In this document: piece by piece, positions 9,438-17,795 of the stretch
Layout of the letters: every line of letters starts with the position of its first letter
Position numbering within the stretch: the stretch's first letter is position 1
Origin: Moritella sp. JT01
GTDB lineage: Bacteria > Pseudomonadota > Gammaproteobacteria > Enterobacterales > Moritellaceae
Reading direction: 5' to 3'
DNA: 32,000 nucleotides
Assembly (NCBI RefSeq): GCF_001574435.1
Contig: NZ_LOCN01000024.1
Coordinates: 130,793-162,792, forward strand
The notes under the pieces: generated by a model
Databases searched by the model: none
The model's input: only the letters and a program-made list of their open reading frames with translations
Told to the model about the DNA's origin: nothing
Position numbers and translations under genes: made by a program

Positions 9438-12086
9438 ATGAAGAAAACAATACTATATTTGTCTGCGAGTGCTATTTTCTCGTTGACGGCACATGCTGAT
9501 ATTTTAATTTCTGAATATATTGAAGGGAGTTCGTTTAATAAAGCCATTGAAATAGCGAATACAGGTAATGAACTTGTTACGTTAATCGGCTATGAATTAG
9601 CAAAGTCTGCGAACGGCAATAATGAATGGGGTAACCGTTTGCCGTTAGATGGCATCGCTATTGGCGCGGGCGATGTGTTTGTGTTGGCTCATAGCGATGC
9701 TAACGCCGATATTTTGTCTAATGCGGACATGACTGATACTAACGTGATTAGCTTTAATGGTGATGATCCTATCGCGTTATTATTGAACGGTGAGGTACAC
9801 GATATCATCGGTGTAATGGGCGATCAAAACTTTGGTAAAGACGTTACCTTAGTAAGACAAAGTCGCATTGCAGCTACTATATACAAGGAATCAGATTGGC
9901 TTGTTAAGGCAAAGAATAATAGCGATGGCTTAGGTTCGTTAGACTCATCTGGTGGCGGTTCTGATAATGGCGGGGAACCTGATACTATTATCGAATCGAC
10001 AATTATGGCACTTCAGGGAAATGGTTGGTCCTCTCCCTATACAGACCCTACAACTGAAAAATACATCTCAGACGAAACGTTCCTAATTGAAGGTATTGTC
10101 ACGGCCATTCAAGTTAATGCTTTAGGTAATGATTTACCACAAGGGTTCTTTATTCAAGATGAACTGGGCGATAATGATGTGACAACATCTGATGGTATTT
10201 ATGTCTCAGGTTTTATAACGGGTCTATCTATCGGAGATAAGGTTGCGGTTACTGGTAAAGTCAAAGAGGATTACGGCTGGACTAAGGTACAAGCAACAAA
10301 TGTAGACGTGATTGGTAATGGCACGATACCTGTAACAAATGTAAGGGCAGCAAGTGACGATGGTGATTTTGATTTTACATTAGAAAGACATGAAGGCATG
10401 TTCGTTAATATTGACCAACAAGCAGATATGTATGTTGCACGTACTTATGGCTTTGACTATGGCCCATTTCGTAACAACATGGTGATAGCCAAGTCTGGCC
10501 TTAACCTGCACCCCAATCAATTGAATATTCCCGCTTCTGCAGGTGCAAACTCGCAACGTGATGATAACGAAGATAGACGCATTATCGTGGAAACCATGAT
10601 TAAAGCGCCCAACGGTGCCCCTCTATGGTATCCAACATTCGGTCAAGATGATGGAACGGGTACCACAAACGACTATATACGTAATGGTGACTTAGTTAAC
10701 GGGTTAGAAGGTGTGCTAGGCTATTCTTACGGTGATTTTAGACTTTATATTACTAACCAAGCTGACGAATTTACTTTTATTCATGCGAACCCTCGATTAT
10801 CTCGTCCTGATGTTACAGGCGAGGGACTACGCATCGCCACTTTCAATGTTTTAAACTACTTTAATTCTCCTTTTGACGGAGCTGCGAACCCCACTGGGAC
10901 GAATCGTGGCGCTACGACTTATGCCGAATTTGAATTACAAGGCGATAAGATCGCGGCTGCTATTTTGGCTTTAGATGCAGATATTATTGGTTTAATGGAA
11001 ATCGAAAATAATGGTTTCGGTGATAGTTCTGCAGTCGCTTATTTGGTTGATAAAGTGAATTCATTATTACCAGACGTTGAGCAATATGCATTTGTCACAA
11101 GCCCTGATAGTGCGGGTTTTATTGGTAGTGATGCCATTGCTAATCAAGTGATTTACAAACCTTCGATGGTGACGCTTGATACTTACCGAATCATTAAGAT
11201 GCCTGAGCAACATGCAGGTCAAACGGGTAAAGAAAATGGTGACAACTATCAACGCGATGCGATAACGCCAACGTTTAAGGTTAATGACTCAGAAGAGTTG
11301 GTCACTGTCTCTGTTAATCATTTCAAATCTAAGGGGTCTACGTGTTGGGAAGATGTTGCTATTCAGAATGGCGAAGATGTTGGCTTACAAGGTTCTTGTG
11401 AGCACTTACGTGTTTCAGCGGCTCAACATTTGGGTAATGAAATGGCGTTAATTGCGGGTAATAAGCTGATCATTGGTGATCTTAATGCTTATGGGCAAGA
11501 AGACCCGCTACTTGTGTTAACAACCATGCCCGAAAACCACAGCGTGATGCCTGCACGTATGACATACATAGGTGACGAACCAATGGCGGGAAGTAATCCA
11601 AACGCTATCTCTGATTCATTTGGGTTTGTTAATGTGATCAGTGAACAGCATCCTGCCGCGTACAGTTATATTTATAACGACACTGTCGGTACACTCGATT
11701 ATATTTTAGTAGACAGTGAAACTGCATCAAAAGTGGTCGATGCAAATGTGTGGCATATCAATGCATCAGAATCAAAGTTGTTTGAGTATTCGTCAAAATA
11801 TACTGCAGACTTAGCTAAGTACCCTGATTTATTTAGATCGTCAGATCATGAACCCGCTATTGTTATTTTGGATGTATTAGGCGATGCTGACCAACCTGAC
11901 CAACCTGACCAACCTGACCAACCTGACCAACCAACGCCACCGTCTGGTACTGATGACACAACAAGTAACGATGATGACGAAGAAGAATGGTATGGCGGCT
12001 CTACTGGCTTATTATCACTTGGTTTCTTAACTGGTTTTGCTTTGTTTCGACGCTTCGGTCAACGATATATTAAGATGAACAGATAA
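9438..12086 (+). CDS. Secreted ExeM/NucH-like endonuclease/exonuclease/phosphatase-family nuclease with lamin-tail-like N-domain and GlyGly-CTERM-like sorting tail
   Basis: 882 aa. Signal peptide MKKTILYLSASAIFSLTAHA; LTD-like ISEYIEGSSFNKAIEIANTGN...GDVFVLAHS; OB-like DLPQGFFIQDELGDNDVTTSDGIYVSG; EEP motifs IATFNVLNYF, DIIGLMEIENNG, VNHFKSKGS, IIGDLNAY, DYILVD, SSDHEPAI; C-terminus WYGGSTGLLSLGFLTGFALFRRFGQR. Confidence 0.9.
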   Translation: MKKTILYLSASAIFSLTAHADILISEYIEGSSFNKAIEIANTGNELVTLIGYELAKSANGNNEWGNRLPLDGIAIGAGDVFVLAHSDANADILSNADMTDTNVISFNGDDPIALLLNGEVHDIIGVMGDQNFGKDVTLVRQSRIAATIYKESDWLVKAKNNSDGLGSLDSSGGGSDNGGEPDTIIESTIMALQGNGWSSPYTDPTTEKYISDETFLIEGIVTAIQVNALGNDLPQGFFIQDELGDNDVTTSDGIYVSGFITGLSIGDKVAVTGKVKEDYGWTKVQATNVDVIGNGTIPVTNVRAASDDGDFDFTLERHEGMFVNIDQQADMYVARTYGFDYGPFRNNMVIAKSGLNLHPNQLNIPASAGANSQRDDNEDRRIIVETMIKAPNGAPLWYPTFGQDDGTGTTNDYIRNGDLVNGLEGVLGYSYGDFRLYITNQADEFTFIHANPRLSRPDVTGEGLRIATFNVLNYFNSPFDGAANPTGTNRGATTYAEFELQGDKIAAAILALDADIIGLMEIENNGFGDSSAVAYLVDKVNSLLPDVEQYAFVTSPDSAGFIGSDAIANQVIYKPSMVTLDTYRIIKMPEQHAGQTGKENGDNYQRDAITPTFKVNDSEELVTVSVNHFKSKGSTCWEDVAIQNGEDVGLQGSCEHLRVSAAQHLGNEMALIAGNKLIIGDLNAYGQEDPLLVLTTMPENHSVMPARMTYIGDEPMAGSNPNAISDSFGFVNVISEQHPAAYSYIYNDTVGTLDYILVDSETASKVVDANVWHINASESKLFEYSSKYTADLAKYPDLFRSSDHEPAIVILDVLGDADQPDQPDQPDQPDQPTPPSGTDDTTSNDDDEEEWYGGSTGLLSLGFLTGFALFRRFGQRYIKMNR
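11887..11931 (+). repeat. Five perfect tandem copies of the 9-mer ctgaccaac, encoding the (DQP)n linker
   Basis: Direct reading: ctgaccaac x5, giving the DQPDQPDQPDQPDQP linker between the nuclease domain and the C-terminal tail. Confidence 0.95.
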
Positions 12087-12094
12087 TCAAAGAC

Positions 12095-12137
12095 GAGGTT
12101 ATACCTGTTGAATCATTGGGTATAACCTCATTATTTT
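12095..12137 (+). terminator. Putative rho-independent terminator after the nuclease gene
   Basis: GAGGTTATACC (12095-12105) and GGTATAACCTC (12119-12129) form a perfect 11-bp stem with a 13-nt loop, followed by attatttt. Confidence 0.6.
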
Positions 12138-12336
12138 GATCTGTATTTACCCATTCACAGGTAAGCGACATGTCGATGGCTCCACTACCGTTTTTGCAGG
12201 GAAATATAGGGTATTAAGTATTAAAAAGTAAGATTAAATGACATTACCGCAAGGTTTGATCGATTTCACTAACTTAATAGGGCATAAATACGCTAAAATA
12301 GTCGGCTATTATCTTATTTCTGAGCTTTATATATTA

Positions 12337-13611
12337 ATGACAACTGTCACAGCACCAGCAAACTTTACCGAACTTGGCCTTATTTCACCTTTGTTAGCGC
12401 GATTAACTGAGCTGGAATACCAGCAGCCAACGCCTATTCAAGCACAAGCTATCCCAAGTGTATTAGCGGGACGTGACTTAATTGCAGGGGCAAATACCGG
12501 TTCGGGTAAAACAGCCGCTTTTGCATTACCTATGCTGCAGCACTTACATATAGAAAAGCAATCGGGTAGTACAAGCAGTAAAGGTAACTATGTTACAGGA
12601 CTGATTTTGGTACCTACCCGTGAACTCGCTAAGCAAGTTGCTGACAGCATTAAATCTTATGCAGTGCATTTTAACGGCGCGATTAAAACGGTTGCTGTTT
12701 TTGGTGGTGTATCAGTGAATACGCAAATGCTCGCATTACGCGGCGGCACTGATATTTTAGTTGCAACACCTGGTCGATTACTCGATTTGATTTCAAGTAA
12801 TGCTATTAAGCTAGATATGGTTAAAACCTTAGTGCTAGATGAAGCCGATCGTATGTTAAGTTTAGGCTTTACAGAGGAGTTATCTTCACTGTTAGCTTTG
12901 TTGCCAAAGAAAAAGCAAATTTTATTATTTTCAGCGACCTTCCCTGAAAAAGTACAGACTTTAACGCAAACTTTGCTTAACGACCCAATTGAAATTCAAT
13001 TGCAAAGTGCGGATGCAAGTACCTTAGTTCAGCGTGTTTTTACTGTTAACCAAGGTGAAAAAACAGCCGTTCTAGCGCATTTGATCAATGAAAATCAATG
13101 GCGACAAGTGCTTATTTTCGTTAATGCTAAACACAGCTGTAATCACTTAGCAGACAAACTTGCTAAGCGTGGCATTACATCACAAGTGTTTCATGGCGAT
13201 AAAGCGCAAGGCGCTCGTATTCGTACGCTTGACGGATTTAAATCTGGCGAAATTCAAGTGCTGATTGCAACTGATATCGCAGCCCGTGGTTTAGATATCG
13301 AAAAACTACCAGTGGTGATCAACTTTGACTTACCAAGAAGTCCATCTGACTACATGCACCGTATTGGTCGAAGTGGCCGTGCTGGTGAAGTGGGCTTAGC
13401 ATTATCGCTTATCGACCATGAAGATTATCATCATTTCAGCGTCATCGAAAAGAAGAACAAGATCCGACTCGAGCGTGAACAAGTAGCGGGTTTTGAAGTA
13501 GATGAAACTATCGAAGCATATATACCGATGGCTCCACCTGAAGGCAGTGGTAAGAAAAAACGTAAAAATACAGCACCAGTAAATGCAGATATCTGGTTGA
13601 GAAATAATTAA
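12337..13611 (+). CDS. DEAD-box ATP-dependent RNA helicase (RhlE-like)
   Basis: Motifs FTELGL, PTPIQAQAIP, AGANTGSGKTAAFALP, PTRELAKQV, VLDEADRMLSLGF, LFSATF, IFVNAKHSCNHLADKL, ATDIAARGLDI, HRIGRSGRAG. The track start is 12238. The ATG at 12337 (MTTVTAPANFTELGL) fits better. Confidence 0.93.
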   Translation: MTTVTAPANFTELGLISPLLARLTELEYQQPTPIQAQAIPSVLAGRDLIAGANTGSGKTAAFALPMLQHLHIEKQSGSTSSKGNYVTGLILVPTRELAKQVADSIKSYAVHFNGAIKTVAVFGGVSVNTQMLALRGGTDILVATPGRLLDLISSNAIKLDMVKTLVLDEADRMLSLGFTEELSSLLALLPKKKQILLFSATFPEKVQTLTQTLLNDPIEIQLQSADASTLVQRVFTVNQGEKTAVLAHLINENQWRQVLIFVNAKHSCNHLADKLAKRGITSQVFHGDKAQGARIRTLDGFKSGEIQVLIATDIAARGLDIEKLPVVINFDLPRSPSDYMHRIGRSGRAGEVGLALSLIDHEDYHHFSVIEKKNKIRLEREQVAGFEVDETIEAYIPMAPPEGSGKKKRKNTAPVNADIWLRNN

Positions 13612-13889
13612 CCTACGCAGAAGCTAAATCTAGTATATAAGAGTAGGTGTCGCGCAACGGCATCTACTTTACAACACTTCAACGGCCTTTCAGATTCACT
13701 TGGTTTTTCCACTGGTTCTATCGTGTTAAATGTTTCAGTAATTCCCATGGAAAACTTCAAGCAGTAATATTTAACTTACATCATACTTAGACCATCATGC
13801 ATATTGTGTTAACTATGGTGTTCGCTTTAAGATTTACGTATGTTGTATTTCAGCAGGAATGTTCGGGTGCTAGAGTTGGTTTAAATAAG

Positions 13890-13915
13890 ATATACCCCAA
13901 CGAGTTGGGGTATAT
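13890..13915 (-). terminator. Near-perfect inverted repeat, likely terminator of the minus-strand motor-like operon
   Basis: ATATACCCCAA (13890-13900), CGAG loop, TTGGGGTATAT (13905-13915); 11-bp stem located 28 nt past the 13943 stop. The downstream T-tract on the minus strand (cttattt) is weak. Confidence 0.55.
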
Positions 13916-13942
13916 GACTTATGAGCGTTAATTCAGAAGGTT

Positions 13943-14608
13943 TTAAGGCCTACGAATGTAAATGACAGCGCGACGGTTTGCTGCTCTAGCTGCGTGTACA
14001 TCCTTAGTTGTACTTAATTCGACTTTGGGTCTTGAGTCAGCATAAGCAACTGCTTTCAGTTCCTTTTTTTCAACACCTTGTTGCTCAAGTCGTTTAACAA
14101 TTACAACGGCTCGAGCGCTCGATAACTCCCAGTTTGATGGGTAGAGTAGGGTATTGATTGGAATGTCGTCAGTATGACCTTCAATTTCAATCAGCTGGTT
14201 TTTGACATTTGAGTTATTAATGACGTCAGCAATTTGATCAATCACAGGTAACATCTGTGATTTGATCTCCGCATCACCAGAGCCATAAAGGGCCTTATTA
14301 GAAAACTCAATCTTGATACCTTTTTTATCAATACTGACATCGACTAATTCAGTCATGTTATTTTTTTCAAGTACACTCGTAATGTCTTTTTTCAATTCAC
14401 TAAAAGGCATAGAGGTCTTTGTGGTGCTGGTTATCGATGTGATACCTTGCTCGAGCTCTTGTAAACGACCTTCATTTACTTCTGATACACTGACCAGAAT
14501 AACAAAGAATGCGAGCAATAACGTGATCGCATCACTGTATGTGACTAACCAACCATTATCGTCTTGATCGTTTAATTGCGAGGTAGACGGAGGTCTTTTT
14601 AATCTCAT
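13943..14608 (-). CDS. MotB-like stator protein with OmpA/peptidoglycan-binding domain
   Basis: 221 aa. N-terminal single TM with NGWLVTYSDAITLLLAFFVILVSVSEV (MotB-type YxD, Asp26), and C-terminal OmpA-like IEIEGHTDDIPINTLLYPSNWELSSARAVVIVKRL. Confidence 0.88.
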   Translation of the reverse strand: MRLKRPPSTSQLNDQDDNGWLVTYSDAITLLLAFFVILVSVSEVNEGRLQELEQGITSITSTTKTSMPFSELKKDITSVLEKNNMTELVDVSIDKKGIKIEFSNKALYGSGDAEIKSQMLPVIDQIADVINNSNVKNQLIEIEGHTDDIPINTLLYPSNWELSSARAVVIVKRLEQQGVEKKELKAVAYADSRPKVELSTTKDVHAARAANRRAVIYIRRP

Positions 14609-15396
14609 TTACCTAACTCCGTCATTTTATGTTTGGGCGCTAGGTAACAGTTTAATCTGTCTTGAATATACAAATTATCTTTATTTTCTGTTATCAACTC
14701 AAAACCAGCTGTTATAATTTGACGCTCGAAGAAAATGCGGTGCTGTCTTCTTGCGATGCGAATTGCAGATGGCTTAAAGAGTAGCTGTGCTAACAATGTA
14801 CCGTACAATGTCGTTAATAGAGCAATGGCAAGGCCTTTGCCTAATTCAGACAAATCACCACTCATATTATCAAGCATGATAATTAAGCCAATTAAAGTAC
14901 CAACCATACCAAAACTAGGGGCATATATTGAAAGTGTATTAATGACATTTACGTGTTCATTTCTACGTTGAAAATCACTTTCATTCGTGTCGTCAAGCAT
15001 ACTAGAAAGAACTTTCGATTTATAACCTGTACCCAATAACTCCATTGCATTGATAATGAAATCATCCTTTTTTTCTTTCTCAGTCAAACTATTTTCTAAC
15101 GCTGTAATACCTTGCTTTTTATATATATCATTCCATTCGACAATACGATTAACAAGTTGCTTTAATTGTTTGTGTTGGTTCTTTTCGTCAAGCAGATTAA
15201 CCATCATTTCGGTAAATGCGGCCCAAATCAAACGAAACGAGTAACTGATTAAGGTGGCACCAAAAGTTCCGCCAAGCACGATAAGTAAACTGAATAGGCT
15301 TACAAATATCAGGTAATTATCAGTGCTTTTAAAAATTGCGTAAACGAATAAACCGACTGCACCTAATATGCCTACGAAAGTACTAATTGAAATCAT
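14605..15396 (-). CDS. MotA/TolQ/ExbB-family proton channel protein, MotA-like
   Basis: 263 aa, four hydrophobic segments with MotA-type topology, including SIYAPSFGMVGTLIGLIIMLDNMS and LGKGLAIALLTTLYGTLLAQLLFKP. Has a large cytosolic loop between TM2 and TM3. Overlaps the MotB-like ORF by 4 nt. Confidence 0.88.
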   Translation of the reverse strand: MISISTFVGILGAVGLFVYAIFKSTDNYLIFVSLFSLLIVLGGTFGATLISYSFRLIWAAFTEMMVNLLDEKNQHKQLKQLVNRIVEWNDIYKKQGITALENSLTEKEKKDDFIINAMELLGTGYKSKVLSSMLDDTNESDFQRRNEHVNVINTLSIYAPSFGMVGTLIGLIIMLDNMSGDLSELGKGLAIALLTTLYGTLLAQLLFKPSAIRIARRQHRIFFERQIITAGFELITENKDNLYIQDRLNCYLAPKHKMTELGK

Positions 15397-15399
15397 TTA

Positions 15400-17220
15400 T
15401 TATCCCTTTAAATCATTCATAGTGAAACGACCTGAATTGAGCAACTGTCTTACTGCTACAACAATGTCTTGTTGCGCTCGAGCTATGCTTTCTTGATCTG
15501 GCACTTCGAGTTGTTTTATCTCAAATAGCAGCGCTGATTTTAATTTAACAGGCAGATCTGTTAATGCATGTTGAATTTGCTCTTCTTCAAAAGAGTGCAA
15601 ACCAATGGCCACTATTTTACGCTCAAGGTTACGCAATGCATCGGCAAGTACTAACGTTGGTGTCTTCAATACATCATCAAAGCAATAAAATTTCTCACGA
15701 ATTTTTATGTAGGTTTCTGGGGAGTTTTCTTTAAGCTGCGTTAATAATGCTTGCTGCTCGTTTAGCGGTAAACGATCTAACATTCCAAGTAACAACTCAG
15801 TGCCATCTGCATTGATGTGCTCGAAGTCTGGTACATGCCGTGATTTCTTGGCTAGACGCTGTGCAATCTCGTTAAACGTTGCGACTGGGAAGTTATGGAA
15901 CTGTCCAATTTCAACTGCAACTAATGCACGCTCAGTAGGGCTTAATTGTTTTAATACAGCCGTTGATTTTAATTCTTCAAGCTGTATTAAAACTAACGCT
16001 TTTATTCTTGGTGGTTCTTCTTTAATTAACCAAGATATTTGATTGTCGGTTAATTTTTGAAGGTAAGAAAATGGTTTATGTGTAACTGCTTCAGCATCAT
16101 TTTCTATGTGAGTCAATAACTGTAGTAGATCATTTAGACTAGTGATCAAAGCAGGGTAATCTTTTTGCTCTTGCTTAAGGTAGTTTATATATTGTGGAAT
16201 TTCATGCACAAGATTAGGGAAAATAGAAGTGAATATCGAACGACCTAATGTTTGATATGAAGCTGCTAACAGTGGCATATTTTGCTCGTTTAAAGCGATG
16301 TTAGCTACGGTGGTTTGGATTTTGTCCGGAGATGCTAAACTCAAGCTGATAATTCGCTGACGAAGTGCTTGTACATCTTGTTGCTGTTGCATTAATAATG
16401 GTTCAGCGGATGGTGGTGTACTATCTATTTCTTCGCGAGGCTCTTTCTTATTTGTATTCCGTAACAATAATACTAATAGAAGCATAATCAAAACAGATAA
16501 TAATATAATTAGCCAATTGATCCAATCTTGATACCAAGGCGCTTGTGTTAAATCGTCAAGATCTTGAACAGTCGTTGTTGGAAAATTAGTTGCTGTGATC
16601 GTTAATGTATCCCCTCTAAAAGGGTTGTAATTTAACTTTTCAGTAAGTAAATTTCTTAGGAATACAACTTGTTCGTTATTAACCGTGTTAGTCACTAATA
16701 GCTTAGTGTGAAGTACTCGCAATTTTTTTTCTGACGTGTCCTTACTTCTTGGTTGATTGGCTTGTTTTACTTGATTTTCGAGTAACTCAGCTTGTTTGGT
16801 AATTGTTTGCTCCATCTCTGCAATTTGAGCTTTTGCCTGCGCTACTACTGGGTTGACAGCAAGTTCTTTAGGCGTATTACTTGGTAAAGCTGGTAAGTCA
16901 AATTCATCTTCAGTTTCAGGTGTTAATGCTGAAGGCGTTTGATTACTCTGTTCTGGACTTTGCACTTGTTCCGGAGTGGTATGTGAGGCTTGAGGTTGTC
17001 CGTTATTATTCGTTAAATCTTGAGCCCTAGGCGTCGTTAATACTTCAGCTCTAATCGAAAGTATAAAGCTATCATCACCGAGATAGGCTTCGATATCTCT
17101 ATTCAGCCTTTCTTCTAAGCCTTGACTTAACTCGAGTGATTCAATTTCATTTGCCATAACCAGTGGTGTGAGCACAAGTAATATAGCTAATAATAAAGAT
17201 TTAAAAATAGTCATAATCAT
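15400..17220 (-). CDS. FliF(RBM3-TM2)-FliG(middle+C-terminal)-like fusion protein
   Basis: 606 aa. Signal peptide (1-23); residues ~33-63 GLEERLNRDIEAYLGDDSFILSIRAEVLT and ~166-213 KLRVLHTKLLVTNTVNNEQVVFLRNLLTEKLNYNPFRGDTLTITATNF resemble the two halves of the FliF third ring-building motif. This is followed by APWYQDWINWLIILLSVLIMLLLVLLLR (FliF PWWQ-TM2-like). Residues ~390-460 resemble FliG-M and ~472-602 resemble FliG-C. Confidence 0.75.
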   Translation of the reverse strand: MIMTIFKSLLLAILLVLTPLVMANEIESLELSQGLEERLNRDIEAYLGDDSFILSIRAEVLTTPRAQDLTNNNGQPQASHTTPEQVQSPEQSNQTPSALTPETEDEFDLPALPSNTPKELAVNPVVAQAKAQIAEMEQTITKQAELLENQVKQANQPRSKDTSEKKLRVLHTKLLVTNTVNNEQVVFLRNLLTEKLNYNPFRGDTLTITATNFPTTTVQDLDDLTQAPWYQDWINWLIILLSVLIMLLLVLLLRNTNKKEPREEIDSTPPSAEPLLMQQQQDVQALRQRIISLSLASPDKIQTTVANIALNEQNMPLLAASYQTLGRSIFTSIFPNLVHEIPQYINYLKQEQKDYPALITSLNDLLQLLTHIENDAEAVTHKPFSYLQKLTDNQISWLIKEEPPRIKALVLIQLEELKSTAVLKQLSPTERALVAVEIGQFHNFPVATFNEIAQRLAKKSRHVPDFEHINADGTELLLGMLDRLPLNEQQALLTQLKENSPETYIKIREKFYCFDDVLKTPTLVLADALRNLERKIVAIGLHSFEEEQIQHALTDLPVKLKSALLFEIKQLEVPDQESIARAQQDIVVAVRQLLNSGRFTMNDLKG

Positions 17221-17222
17221 CC

Positions 17223-17786
17223 TTATTTATCACCCATTTTAGTTAATGCGTTCTGAACATCTTCGTATGATGGATCAAGTTCTAATGCTTTATTCCATGC
17301 GGCTCTTGCATTGGCATAGTTTTTCATTCTGTAATTCACGCTACCTTTAAGTGCGTGAGTTTGTGCAAGACTAGGCGCTGCTTTAATCGCATCTTCGACT
17401 TTAACAAGAGCCTCTGGGTAATCTTTATCTACAGCAAGTTGTTGAGCCGCAGATAATAAGCGTAATGCCTTACCTATATCTTCTGATGCTGGTTCTTCTT
17501 CATCTAATATGTCTTCGAACAGCTCGAGGTCGTCTTGATTGTTGATAAGTTCTGCTGCATTTATTTCCTCATCGTTTTCGATCTCGAATATAATATCGCT
17601 ACCAAGTACGTTAAATGCGACTTTTGATTCGTAGTAAGTTCCCTTATGTCGAAGGGATAATACGCCTAGTTCTAATGGGTTACCTGCTGCATCTGTAATT
17701 GCTTGTACATGATTATCATGATTATCTTTTTTAGCACTACATGCGGTAAGGGTGATAAGCATGCATAAAGTAATTATCTGTTTCAT
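17223..17786 (-). CDS. TPR-containing lipoprotein
   Basis: 187 aa. Lipobox LITLTAC at the N-terminus. TPR-like AHTLKGSVNYRMKNYANARAAWNKALELDPSYEDVQNAL. Confidence 0.8.
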   Translation of the reverse strand: MKQIITLCMLITLTACSAKKDNHDNHVQAITDAAGNPLELGVLSLRHKGTYYESKVAFNVLGSDIIFEIENDEEINAAELINNQDDLELFEDILDEEEPASEDIGKALRLLSAAQQLAVDKDYPEALVKVEDAIKAAPSLAQTHALKGSVNYRMKNYANARAAWNKALELDPSYEDVQNALTKMGDK

Positions 17787-17795
17787 ATTCTGTCC

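Noticed and set aside
11887-11931. CRISPR-like repeat array
   Set aside because: The 9-bp units are contiguous with no spacers and lie inside a coding frame, encoding a DQP linker.
13943-15396. Zorya-type anti-phage defence (ZorA/ZorB are MotA/MotB-like)
   Set aside because: No ZorC/ZorD/ZorE-like gene (helicase/nuclease) is linked. The MotA-like protein lacks the long cytosolic C-terminal tail of ZorA, and the partner gene resembles FliG/FliF. The helicase at 12337-13611 is an RhlE-type DEAD-box protein on the opposite strand, not a ZorD-like Snf2 helicase.
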